Positions 29,469-38,512 of a DNA stretch of 64,000 bases are shown here, one piece after another. Every line of letters begins with the position of its first letter. Within the stretch, counting starts at the first letter, position 1. Position numbers and translations under genes: made by a program. Source of the DNA: an uncultured bacterium (GTDB lineage Bacteria > SAR324 > NAC60-12); NCBI GenBank assembly GCA_965662235.1, contig CBFIGY010000003.1, forward strand, positions 64,001 to 128,000. Direction: 5' to 3'. The notes below the pieces were generated by a model that did not search any database, was not told the DNA's origin, and saw nothing but the letters and a program-made list of their open reading frames with translations.

Positions 29469-30115
29469 GGGGAATCTTTTTCTAGGCGGAAGACGTACGG
29501 CACCTGCTTGGAGCTGGAAATCGTCACTCCCAAGTCCTTGACGAGCCCGGTCTCAATCTGATAGACCCACCCGTGAACCGTTAGGCTTTTCCCCCGACGC
29601 CATGCCTCCTGCACAATGTTGGTGGCAGTGAGGCGTTCCACTTGGTTGATCACATTCAGCTCACACATCCGGTCCCAGCGCTCTTGGTCGCTCATCGCAT
29701 CCAGCTCCGTCTGATCACGCTGGTAGAGGTAGCGGATGATGGAAATCCAGTTGTCAATCAACCCGAAGCTCCGGTGCTCCATGGCCGCCCGGACCCCGCC
29801 ACAGCCGTAGTGTCCGCAGATGATCACGTGCTCAATTTCCAGCACCTCCACCGCGTACTGCAGCACCGACAGGCAGTTCATGTCGGTGTGAAAGACGAGG
29901 TTGGCGATGTTCCGGTGGACAAACAGCTCCCCCGGGTGCATGCCGATGATTTCGTTGGCCGGAACCCGGCTGTCGGAACACCCAATCCACAGGTAGTTGG
30001 GCTCTTGCTTGCCGGAGAGTCGTTGGAAGTAACCGGGGTCCCGAGATTCATGCTGACGGGCCCAGTAGCGGTTGTTTTCGAGGAGTTCCTCGATGGGACG
30101 GAGTTTGTGGCTCAT
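29465..30115 (-). CDS. can: Beta-carbonic anhydrase
   Basis: WIGCSDSRVP, FVHRNIAN, QYAV, CGHYGCGG. Confidence 0.96.
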   Translation of the reverse strand: MSHKLRPIEELLENNRYWARQHESRDPGYFQRLSGKQEPNYLWIGCSDSRVPANEIIGMHPGELFVHRNIANLVFHTDMNCLSVLQYAVEVLEIEHVIICGHYGCGGVRAAMEHRSFGLIDNWISIIRYLYQRDQTELDAMSDQERWDRMCELNVINQVERLTATNIVQEAWRRGKSLTVHGWVYQIETGLVKDLGVTISSSKQVPYVFRLEKDSP

Positions 30116-31017
30116 ACGATCACAAAGTCGGAATCGGTCATGAGGGCGATGGACGCGCTCACCCAGTTTTCAGGCCCCAGGGTTTCAAACAACTGCAACG
30201 CCTCCTTGCGAGCCGCTTGATCCAGAGGCAGGTACGGCAACCGGAACACCGGCTGCGCGGAACCCAGCATGCTCAGCAGCGTATTGAGTCCATTGGGGCT
30301 AGGCACCTGAAACAGCCACGCAAACAGCGGCTGCAGCTGTTCATTGAGGACTGGATCATCGGCATCCATCAGACGTCGCATGAGAGCCGGAACGACGTTC
30401 CCGGCCACCGAAATGACACCATGGGCCTGATGCCGGTGGCGGGCTTCAAAACACTGATCGTCGTTGCCCGACCAGCAGGCAATGCCCTGACGCTCATAGT
30501 GCTCAATCCGCTCGTTCCCCGCACATTCCTTGACTCCGAGAAAGTGGTCATGCTTCGCCAACTCCTCAATCAGCTGAGGAGAGAGGTCCTGCCCAGTCCG
30601 GGAGGGTACGTTGTAGATGATCGCCGGGCCGAGGTCCAGCAGGCGCTCAAAGTGAGCCTTCAGTCCCGGATCAGACGTCTTGCCGTAGTAGGGGTTGATC
30701 TGCAGCGCCGCGTGCATGCCCACAGAGAATCCGTAGCGGGTGGCCTTTTCCGCCTCACGCGTGTTGTTGCTGCCGGTGTTCCCCACCACAACCACACGGT
30801 CTCCAAAGCGGTCCACGGTGTGCGCAATGAGCATCAGTTCCTCTTCCCAGTCCATCAGGTGCCCCTCGCCGGTGGTCCCAGCCACAATGAACCCTTCCAC
30901 CCCTGCTTGGATCTGAGCCTCGGCCAAGCGGTCATAGGCTTCCAGGTCAATCTCACCGTTTGGAAGGTAGGGGGTCTTGATGGCGGTCATCAGCCGGGAA
31001 GAGAAAATGCGTTCCAT
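30112..31017 (-). CDS. dapA: 4-hydroxy-tetrahydrodipicolinate synthase (plant-like)
   Basis: TAIKTPYLP, GTTGEG, GNTGSN.TRE, INPYYGKTS, YNVPSRTG, GVKEC, WSGNDD. Confidence 0.93.
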   Translation of the reverse strand: MERIFSSRLMTAIKTPYLPNGEIDLEAYDRLAEAQIQAGVEGFIVAGTTGEGHLMDWEEELMLIAHTVDRFGDRVVVVGNTGSNNTREAEKATRYGFSVGMHAALQINPYYGKTSDPGLKAHFERLLDLGPAIIYNVPSRTGQDLSPQLIEELAKHDHFLGVKECAGNERIEHYERQGIACWSGNDDQCFEARHRHQAHGVISVAGNVVPALMRRLMDADDPVLNEQLQPLFAWLFQVPSPNGLNTLLSMLGSAQPVFRLPYLPLDQAARKEALQLFETLGPENWVSASIALMTDSDFVIV

Positions 31018-31050
31018 GATATCTGTGGGGAAGGGGCGAGGGGCCCAGGG

Positions 31051-31497
31051 TTAGGGCGCTTTCTGAAGGTGCGCCTCGTAGTAGCGGGTGTAGATTCCTC
31101 CGCGCTCGGAGAACCGAACTCCGTAGACGTTGCTTCTCAGTTCCGGACGGAAGAAGCTGTTTTCGATGGTTCCGACCCACTGGTCGGTCAGGTGCTGGGG
31201 CAGCATGACCTGCACCCGGTCTCCTGGCTGAAAGGCAGGGTTGACGGCTTGGGGAATGGGGCAGACCTTCTGGCCGTTGGAGGTGTCGCCGTAGCAGATC
31301 CAAGACGCCCGGATGATCACCCCGGTCCGGTCGGGACCTCCGTGGGTGGCCACGTAGTCGTCTGGAGCAAAGGTCGTGGTGACAATGGAGGAGCGGTTCG
31401 TGGTCCGGTCAAAGACTTCCAGCTCAAACGCCCGATACTCTGCCTGGGCCGTTGCGGCCAGCAGCAGCAGCACGCCTGCGACCCCAACCCCCTTCAC
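31051..31497 (-). CDS. Secreted hypothetical protein
   Basis: Signal peptide ending ATAQA; Cys pair; GTG start overlapping the upstream stop. Confidence 0.75.
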   Translation of the reverse strand: MKGVGVAGVLLLLAATAQAEYRAFELEVFDRTTNRSSIVTTTFAPDDYVATHGGPDRTGVIIRASWICYGDTSNGQKVCPIPQAVNPAFQPGDRVQVMLPQHLTDQWVGTIENSFFRPELRSNVYGVRFSERGGIYTRYYEAHLQKAP

Positions 31498-32333
31498 TTC
31501 ACGGCTCCGTCCATCTGTGCGCCTTCGAATTTGGCGCCGGTATCATTCACACCATTCATGCCGGTGCCATCAAAGTTGCTCCCGGAAAAGTCCCCCTGCG
31601 TCAGCACGGCGTTCTTCATGTTGGAGTCCTTGAAGTTGGCCCGAATGCTCCGGACGTAGGCCATCACCGAGGCGCTCAGGTTGGACAGTTCGAGGTTGGT
31701 GTTGTTGAGCGTCGCCCCAAACAGGTTGGCCGCTCCCATTCCCACCTCATGGAGGGAGGCCATGGTGAAGTCGCAGAAGTCGAGGCGGGCTTCATTCAGG
31801 TCAGAGCCATCCAACTTGGCTCCAATGAAGAGCGACCCCCGGAAATCGGCTCCTCCGGCAGTGAGGTGAAAGGCGTCTGAAGCGGTGAAGTCGGACGCAT
31901 GCAGCGTCGCCCCCATGAAGTTCGCCTTGTCCACGAGACTGCTGGAGAAGTCACAGAGGAAGCCCTTGACGTTGAGGAAGATCGCATGCTCCATGAGGCA
32001 GCCGCTGAAGCTGGTATGCTCCAGAGTGCACTGACGGAGGTTGATCTCGGTCATGACGCTGTCCTGGAAATCCACATGACTGAGGTCACAGTTGTAGATT
32101 CCCACCTCGCGCATGCTGGTGCCCACCAGCTCGCAGTTGCTCATGTTGCACGAGTCGAAGCGGGCGTAGTCCAAGAACGCGCCCTTGAAGTCGCTGCCCT
32201 CCAGCTTGCACTTCCGGAAGTCCCCGCCTTCCAGCAGCAGACCGGTCAGGTTGAGGCCACTGAGGTCCACATCCTTGAGGGGCTCGCGACGCTTCACACG
32301 CCGTTCCAGTTCTTCTCGCGTGATGTCTGCCAT
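31494..32333 (-). CDS. Pentapeptide repeat protein
   Basis: Continuous A(D/N)(L/F)xx periodicity over about 250 aa. Confidence 0.93.
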   Translation of the reverse strand: MADITREELERRVKRREPLKDVDLSGLNLTGLLLEGGDFRKCKLEGSDFKGAFLDYARFDSCNMSNCELVGTSMREVGIYNCDLSHVDFQDSVMTEINLRQCTLEHTSFSGCLMEHAIFLNVKGFLCDFSSSLVDKANFMGATLHASDFTASDAFHLTAGGADFRGSLFIGAKLDGSDLNEARLDFCDFTMASLHEVGMGAANLFGATLNNTNLELSNLSASVMAYVRSIRANFKDSNMKNAVLTQGDFSGSNFDGTGMNGVNDTGAKFEGAQMDGAVK

Positions 32334-32339
32334 GACGTC

Positions 32340-34004
32340 TCAGCTGGGGATTTTGATGAAGCGATGGTGGTGCTGGTCGATCAGCTCACTGGCAGGACGT
32401 GCCTGAATGCCCGTCTGCACAAACTGATAGGCCATTCCGGTGGCCGGGGTCATGACGTTGAAGCGCATGCGCCGGATGTTGATCACGGTTCCCCGCTGCA
32501 CCCGTCCGGTGATGAAGAGGATGCCGCCATCGAGCTCTTCATTTTCCCGGGAGATGGACTGCTGGGCCTCAATCTTCCGCATGTCGTTGAACAGCCCCCG
32601 ACAGATCTTCCGGGCTTCCGTCATGATTTCCTCAGCCCCCGCTTGTGGGGTGGGGAAGCGGTCGGGGAAGCCCTCCAGCTTCTCTGAAAGCTCCTTGAGC
32701 TGGTCCTGGAAGTCGTAGAAGTTGTTCTTGAGCTTCTCCTCGAGAGCCCGGAAGGCCTTCCGGTTGTTGAGGGAGATGCCCACTTCGATGGTTGTGGTAG
32801 GACCTGCAGGTTCTTCCACGGCAGGAGCGCCTTCTTCCGGAGGAGGCAGTTCCTCTTCTGGCTTGTTTTCCCCCACATTGGCAAGGCGCATGAGGTTTCC
32901 CGCCTGAACAGAGCCTCCGGTGACGTATCCGGTTTTTTCCAGCACCTGCACCGAAATTCCGGCCATCACCTTGGAGTTGATGGAGTGGGTTTGCAGAATG
33001 ACGTGCTCACCGGCAATCACCTGAGCCTCATCAAAGGAGTCCGCGACCACCGATCCTCCGGCCTGGATCATGCTGCCGATCGCGGCTTGGGCCAGACGAA
33101 TGTTCCCGGTTGCCCGCAGCTTCGCCTTGCCGACGGTTCCACCAACGTCCAGGCTCACCGCCTCGACGCTGAAACGGTCTGAGATGTTGCCCCGGACCCG
33201 AACCACTCCGTCGAAACGGACGTGTCCGGACTTGGCATCGACCTTCTCCACCACCTTCACTGCTTCCACAGAAAGAACGTTGCCGATCTGGCAGACCACA
33301 CCGTCCTTGGTGGCCACAATGTGCTCGCGCTTGGCATCGTAGCTGGTATTGCGTCCGGCCCGGATGTGGTAGGTCTTTCCAGAAGCCGCAGCTGTGACCC
33401 GGCCGGTGATTGTGTAACCGTCTTCCCCCATCGTCGGTGGATGCAACCGCGCCAGCGGCGTTCCGGACTTGACCTCCAGAAAGGGAGGAATCTCCCGCAG
33501 GTCCACCCGCACCCCGGGTTTCGGACGTTGTGCTTCCGGAATGAAGAGCAGCTCCGCATAGCCATCCTCGCCGTCCACCGGTGGACGTCCATGCGCCACC
33601 AGCGTGGGGTCGTAGTAGACCTGCTGGTCGATCATCTGCTGAATCCGCTCCTTGTCGATGCCCTGCACCACGTTCTTTTCCTTGAGCGCAGCAACAATCC
33701 GGTCAGCGGTGAGCGGTTCTTGGGGATTTTGGGGAGGGATGATGTTGACGTAGGCTTCCTGCTCGTTGTTCACCAGCTCCACCTGCACCACGAAGTCTCG
33801 GGTGACCTGGTCACAGAGGAACTCGAAGGCTCCGGACGAGCGCTCGTAAATCTCCAGCAGGCGCTCAGGCAGGTAGTCAACGTCCATGAGGTGCAGGTCC
33901 GCTTGGACGTCATCCAGATTCGCGGTTTCGGCTCCAACCAGCTGCGGAGGCACGCGCAGCATGATCTTGCCGTCGACAACGGAAATTTTGTAAAGCTCAG
34001 CCAT
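32340..34004 (-). CDS. fapA: FapA (DUF342) family protein
   Basis: VA.G.PPV.GEDG, PPT.GEDGYT.TG, VD..SG.V.FDG.V.V.GNI beta-helical region and coiled coil. Confidence 0.8.
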   Translation of the reverse strand: MAELYKISVVDGKIMLRVPPQLVGAETANLDDVQADLHLMDVDYLPERLLEIYERSSGAFEFLCDQVTRDFVVQVELVNNEQEAYVNIIPPQNPQEPLTADRIVAALKEKNVVQGIDKERIQQMIDQQVYYDPTLVAHGRPPVDGEDGYAELLFIPEAQRPKPGVRVDLREIPPFLEVKSGTPLARLHPPTMGEDGYTITGRVTAAASGKTYHIRAGRNTSYDAKREHIVATKDGVVCQIGNVLSVEAVKVVEKVDAKSGHVRFDGVVRVRGNISDRFSVEAVSLDVGGTVGKAKLRATGNIRLAQAAIGSMIQAGGSVVADSFDEAQVIAGEHVILQTHSINSKVMAGISVQVLEKTGYVTGGSVQAGNLMRLANVGENKPEEELPPPEEGAPAVEEPAGPTTTIEVGISLNNRKAFRALEEKLKNNFYDFQDQLKELSEKLEGFPDRFPTPQAGAEEIMTEARKICRGLFNDMRKIEAQQSISRENEELDGGILFITGRVQRGTVINIRRMRFNVMTPATGMAYQFVQTGIQARPASELIDQHHHRFIKIPS

Positions 34005-34022
34005 GGGCTTCTAACAAGCGGG

Positions 34023-34775
34023 TCAGACGTTGGCGGACGCAGACTCCTGCTGGGCTCCCAACAGCGCCTGGCGTTCCTGAGCAGTCAGGAGACGCGATTC
34101 GCCCGGTTGCATTTCTCCCAGAGTCAGGGAGCCGATGCGAAAGCGTTTGATTTTCAGAACCGGAAAGCCAATCTGCCGGAACATCTTCTTGATCTGCTGG
34201 TTGCTGCCCTCTCGCAAGGAGACCTCCAGCCAGGTCTTGTCGTTGCGGTGATGGAGGATCTTGACGCGGGTCCGCTGATGGGCCCGGCCATCCAGCACAG
34301 GGCCGCTTCTCAGAGGCTGCAGGGCCTCATTGGCCACGACCCCCTTGACCTTGACGAAGTAGCTCTTCCAGACCTTGTGCCGCGGATGCGCCAGCTGGTT
34401 GGCAAAGTCACCGTCGTTGGTCAGCAGAATCAACCCCTCCGCGTCATAATCAAGCCGTCCCACCGGAAAGAGCCGCACATTGGTCTTTGGGAAAAACTGC
34501 CGAATCGTCACCCGGCCCTCCGGATCCTTCAGAGTTGTGATGCAATTCTTGGGCTTGTAGAGCGCGTACACCACCGTCTTGACTGGCCCCTCCTGGCGAA
34601 CCCGTGTGCCTTCAACCCGGAGGTCGTCTCCCGGCAGCATCGTTTGTCCCAGAGTGACCACCTTGCCATTGAGCATCACGAGGCCCTGAGCAATCAACTC
34701 TTCCGCCTCCCGGCGAGACGCCAGCCCGGCCTGGGCAATGGCTTTTTGAACACGGATGGGTTTGGGATCACTCAT
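34023..34775 (-). CDS. rluB: RsuA/RluB-family pseudouridine synthase with S4 domain
   Basis: RVQK.IA.AG.ASRR.AE, PVGRLDYD.EGL.LLTNDG, EG.N.QIK.M. Confidence 0.88.
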   Translation of the reverse strand: MSDPKPIRVQKAIAQAGLASRREAEELIAQGLVMLNGKVVTLGQTMLPGDDLRVEGTRVRQEGPVKTVVYALYKPKNCITTLKDPEGRVTIRQFFPKTNVRLFPVGRLDYDAEGLILLTNDGDFANQLAHPRHKVWKSYFVKVKGVVANEALQPLRSGPVLDGRAHQRTRVKILHHRNDKTWLEVSLREGSNQQIKKMFRQIGFPVLKIKRFRIGSLTLGEMQPGESRLLTAQERQALLGAQQESASANV

Positions 34776-35509
34776 GGTTTGGTCACCGGAAGCGAGTCGG
34801 GATAATTCTTTAACAGTTCCAACGCCTGACGAGCCGCGGCCTGTCCCGCCAGCTTCTTGCTCGGACCGGTGCCACGTCCCAGCTCAATGTCGTCCAGGCA
34901 GACGGACATCACAAATTCCTTCTGATGGTCCGGACCGGTCTCCTCCAGAAGGATGTAGGTGGCCGGTTTGTTCAGCAACTGCTGGGTCCGTTCCTGTAGC
35001 TCAGACTTGAAGTCCCGGGAAACAAAAGCATCTGCCGATTGAGGCAAGTTGGGCTCCAGCAGCTTACGGATGACGCGGCCAATCGCATTGACTCCCTCCG
35101 TCTGGCAGCTGTCCAAGTAGATCGCGGCAAAGACTGCTTCCAGGGCATCTGAGAGCAGCGACGGTTTGTCCCGGCCGCCGGTCAGGTCTTCCCCCTTCCC
35201 CAAGACGAGGAACTCTCCCAGCCCAATGGAACGCGCCATGCGGTTTAGGCCAGCCTCATTGACCAGGCTTGCCCGGATCTTGGAAAGGCCCCCCTCGTCG
35301 AGGTCCGGAAACCGTTCCATCAGCAACTCGCTGGTCACCAGGCCCAAAACGGCGTCTCCCAAAAATTCCAGCCGTTCGTTGCTGGGCAAAGGGTTGCCCT
35401 CTTCATCGAACGGACACGACTTGTGGGTCAGGGCTTCTTGCAGGAGCTGCCCGTTTTGGAAGTCATACCCCAAACGGGCGCACAGCTGCTTCGCCGTGGC
35501 ACCAGGCAT
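34772..35509 (-). CDS. rnc: Ribonuclease III
   Basis: ALTHKS, NERLEFLGDAVL, DALEA, dsRBD (KS.LQE, GPDH.KEF, SKK.A). Confidence 0.96.
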   Translation of the reverse strand: MPGATAKQLCARLGYDFQNGQLLQEALTHKSCPFDEEGNPLPSNERLEFLGDAVLGLVTSELLMERFPDLDEGGLSKIRASLVNEAGLNRMARSIGLGEFLVLGKGEDLTGGRDKPSLLSDALEAVFAAIYLDSCQTEGVNAIGRVIRKLLEPNLPQSADAFVSRDFKSELQERTQQLLNKPATYILLEETGPDHQKEFVMSVCLDDIELGRGTGPSKKLAGQAAARQALELLKNYPDSLPVTKP

Positions 35510-35512
35510 TGA

Positions 35513-35854
35513 TTAACGCTCACGACGCTTGCACCAGACCCGAATGACCTGGCGATTGACAAGCCCGAGCGTGACCACCTGAATGACCGCATCGGTTTGC
35601 TCCTGCTGCACCTCCAGCTTGGAAATTCCGCTGGGACAGGCGCTTCTCAGCTCAACAGGGTCCTCAAGCGGCACCAGTCCCCAGGCCAGCGCCGTCGCTG
35701 GCACCCGGTGGTCGGGCTGCGGACGCAGCGCGTCCATATCATGGTAGAAGCGAATCGTGTTGCACCCGGAAAGGACCAAGAAGCTTGCTCCCACCAAGAG
35801 GAAGCTCCGGAGGCGCGATGGGCGGAAGGTCTGCAGGAGATTCAGATTGAACAT
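35513..35854 (-). CDS. Bor/Iss-family lipoprotein
   Basis: LSGC lipobox; WGLVP......CP.G......T......VTLG......V.C pattern. Confidence 0.7.
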   Translation of the reverse strand: MFNLNLLQTFRPSRLRSFLLVGASFLVLSGCNTIRFYHDMDALRPQPDHRVPATALAWGLVPLEDPVELRSACPSGISKLEVQQEQTDAVIQVVTLGLVNRQVIRVWCKRRER

Positions 35855-35971
35855 TCGGAAGAGATTTGGTCTTCTGCGTGATCTGTGAGCCGGCTCGCGT
35901 GTGCGGCGAACTTTCGCATATTCCCGAAATCACGGGTAGATCGAACCAGTTATATCCCACCTTTTTCTCTC

Positions 35972-36787
35972 ATGACAAGCTTTATTGATACACACTGCCA
36001 CCTCGATCGCCTCGAACCACCCCCTGCTCAGTCTGTTGCGGACGCTCAATCCGTGGGAGTTCACACGATGATGACGATCTCAGTCAACCGCGAAACCCTA
36101 GCGTGGGTGGATGCCTTGGCCCAGGAGCATCCGGACGTCTACGGCAGTTTGGGGATCCACCCTCATGACGCCGCCGAGTACGCTCCAGAGGTGGCCGAAC
36201 AGATCCGGACCCGATGTGCGCAGAACCCCAAGGTAAAGGCCATTGGTGAGACCGGACTGGACTACCACTACAACTATGCGGACCGAGACACTCAGCGGCA
36301 CGCCTTTCAGGCTCAGCTGGAGCTTGCGGAAGAACTCCAGCTGCCGGTGGTCCTTCACACCCGTGAGGCAGAAGCCGACACCCTGGAGGTCCTGCAGCAG
36401 CACCCGGTTTCCCGGCGAGGAGTCGCCCACAGCTTCACGGGCTCTTTGGAAATGGCCCAAACGCTGGTGGAGATGGGGTGGTACATCGGCCTCAATGGCA
36501 TTGTCACCTTCAAGAACGCCGACGCCCTCCGCGAGGTCGTCCGGCAGCTTCCGCTGGAGGCGCTGCTTCTGGAAACCGATGCGCCCTTCCTGGCACCGGT
36601 TCCGTTTCGGGGCAAACCCAATGCGCCCGCTCGCATCCCAGTCATTGCCGAGTTCCTTGCCCAGTTCCTCGACCTCCCCCTTGAGCAGTTGGCGGAGCAG
36701 ACGAACCAAAATGCGCAGACACTCTTTGGATTGCCGGCCTCTGGAGCCGCGAATCCGGAAAACGTCCGGTCTCCGCTGCCAAGTTGA
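35972..36787 (+). CDS. tatD: TatD-family deoxyribonuclease
   Basis: IDTHCH, GIHPH, IGETGLDY, LHTREA, HSF, ETDAPFLAP; ATG at 35972. Confidence 0.94.
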   Translation: MTSFIDTHCHLDRLEPPPAQSVADAQSVGVHTMMTISVNRETLAWVDALAQEHPDVYGSLGIHPHDAAEYAPEVAEQIRTRCAQNPKVKAIGETGLDYHYNYADRDTQRHAFQAQLELAEELQLPVVLHTREAEADTLEVLQQHPVSRRGVAHSFTGSLEMAQTLVEMGWYIGLNGIVTFKNADALREVVRQLPLEALLLETDAPFLAPVPFRGKPNAPARIPVIAEFLAQFLDLPLEQLAEQTNQNAQTLFGLPASGAANPENVRSPLPS

Positions 36788-36858
36788 CACGGATTTTGCT
36801 TTCCCCTGTTTGATTCGGTTTTTCCTTCAGAAACCACTCGTAACCTGAATTTTGCCTT

Positions 36859-37683
36859 ATGGAACAAGGAACTCTTGCTGGAACCATCCTCGCTTGGTTT
36901 CTGCTCATCCTGGCAATGGCCTTTGACTTCGCCACCTTCCAGGTGAAGCTGGGGAACATTGCCTACTTCGTCGACATCCCATCGCTGCTGATCGTGTTTG
37001 GCGGAACCTTCGCTTCGGTGATGATCGCCAACAACATGGGAGACGCCAAGGGGCTGTTCGCCTTCGTGGGCAAAACCTGGAAGCCCAACAACGTGCAGTT
37101 GGTGGAAACCCTGACGCTGATTGTGGACGTGGCGAAGATTGCCCGAAAGAACATCCTCGCCATCGAAGACGCTCTGCCCAGCATCGAGAACCTCTACCTC
37201 CGTGGCGGCCTCCGCCTCGTGGTGGACCGGGTGGAACGCGACAGCATCGAAAGCATGCTTGCCCACGAGATGAAGTACACCATGGCGAACGAGGAGACGG
37301 CCCCGGCCGTGGTCGGAAGCGCCGCGTCCCTCTGTCCGGCGTGGGGCATGCTCGGAACGCTGGTTGGACTCGTCCTCCTCCTCCAGAACCTTGATGACCC
37401 GTCTGCCATCGGACCGGCAATGGCGGTGGCGCTGATCACGACGTTCTATGGATCCTTGTTCGCCAACACCATCTTCTCTCCGGCCAAGACCAAGCTGGAA
37501 ATCTTCAACTCCGATAAGAAGGTGTTGATGGAGATGATCCGCGACGGCGTCCTCTACATTGAAGCCGGCCAGCGTCCGGACTTCATTGAGTCCGACTTGA
37601 TGAACTACCTGCCTCCCGACAAGAAAGCCATGTACGAAGCCCTCAAGTTTGAAGGCGGCGGTGGCGGCGGCGAAGGCGGTTGA
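36859..37683 (+). CDS. motA: Flagellar stator A subunit (MotA/PomA-type)
   Basis: D.PS..IV.GGT, PAWGMLGTLVGL, DDPSAIGPAMAVALITTFYG. Confidence 0.93.
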   Translation: MEQGTLAGTILAWFLLILAMAFDFATFQVKLGNIAYFVDIPSLLIVFGGTFASVMIANNMGDAKGLFAFVGKTWKPNNVQLVETLTLIVDVAKIARKNILAIEDALPSIENLYLRGGLRLVVDRVERDSIESMLAHEMKYTMANEETAPAVVGSAASLCPAWGMLGTLVGLVLLLQNLDDPSAIGPAMAVALITTFYGSLFANTIFSPAKTKLEIFNSDKKVLMEMIRDGVLYIEAGQRPDFIESDLMNYLPPDKKAMYEALKFEGGGGGGEGG

Positions 37684-37696
37684 TTAGGAGCCTCTC

Positions 37697-38353
37697 ATGG
37701 GTCAGATGATCGATGAGGAGGATTGCGAAGTTTGTGTGCCGTTTGACCAGGAATGGATCTTTACCTACGGTGACCTGGTCACCCTGCTCATGTGCTTCTT
37801 CGTCCTCCTCTTCTCCATGTGCAAGATGGATGTGGAGAAGATTGACCAGATTTCCGACAGTTTCAAAACCCAGCCGCCCGGCAGTCCCTTCATCTTCAGC
37901 GGCCGCAGTTCCAATCTGGAAAAAGCCGCTCAGGAGTTGGAAAAGCTCGACATGCCTGATGACGTCAACGTCAACGCCGGCAAAGACGGGGTCGAGGTCA
38001 CCTTCAGTAAAATTGTTGCCTTTGACCTAGGCTCCATTGAGCTGAAGCAAGAAGCCCGGAACGCCATTGACCAGTCCCTCCCCATCATTGGGAGCCTGAA
38101 CAATGACATCTTGGTGGCAGGGCACACCGATGAGACCGACGCCAATCCGGACTTCCCCTCTAACTGGGAACTCTCGATTGCACGCGCCGGCGTGATTGCC
38201 GACTACCTAGAGTCCAAACAGATTCCCCGGAGCCGCATTCAGGTCGCTGGCTTTGGCGACTCCCGGCCCCGTTTTTACGCAGACACCTCTTACAAGCGAG
38301 GCCTCAACCGTCGGGTCGAGGTCGTCCTGCTGCCTGAAGACCAGGAACGCTGA
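37697..38353 (+). CDS. motB: Flagellar stator B subunit, copy 1
   Basis: W..TYGDLVTLLMCFFVLL TM with conserved Asp; OmpA-like domain GHTD, SNWELS.ARA, NRRVE. Confidence 0.92.
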   Translation: MGQMIDEEDCEVCVPFDQEWIFTYGDLVTLLMCFFVLLFSMCKMDVEKIDQISDSFKTQPPGSPFIFSGRSSNLEKAAQELEKLDMPDDVNVNAGKDGVEVTFSKIVAFDLGSIELKQEARNAIDQSLPIIGSLNNDILVAGHTDETDANPDFPSNWELSIARAGVIADYLESKQIPRSRIQVAGFGDSRPRFYADTSYKRGLNRRVEVVLLPEDQER

Positions 38354-38512
38354 GAACCCCTATCTGGAGCGGATGTCCTTATGGGACAGATGATCGACGA
38401 AGAGGATTGCGAAGTTTGTGTGCCGTTTGACCAAGAATGGATCTTCACCTACGGAGACCTGGTCACCCTGCTCATGTGCTTCTTCGTCCTCCTCTTCTCC
38501 ATGTGCAAGATG
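37697..38512 (+). repeat. 132-bp direct repeat (37697-37828 and 38381-38512): 5' ends of both motB genes
   Basis: Hand alignment: 44 identical codons at protein level, 6 synonymous nucleotide differences. Confidence 0.95.

Noticed and set aside
30217..34805. Long plus-strand ORFs 30217-31659 and 33222-34805
   Set aside because: Antisense shadows of the dapA and fapA/rluB genes.
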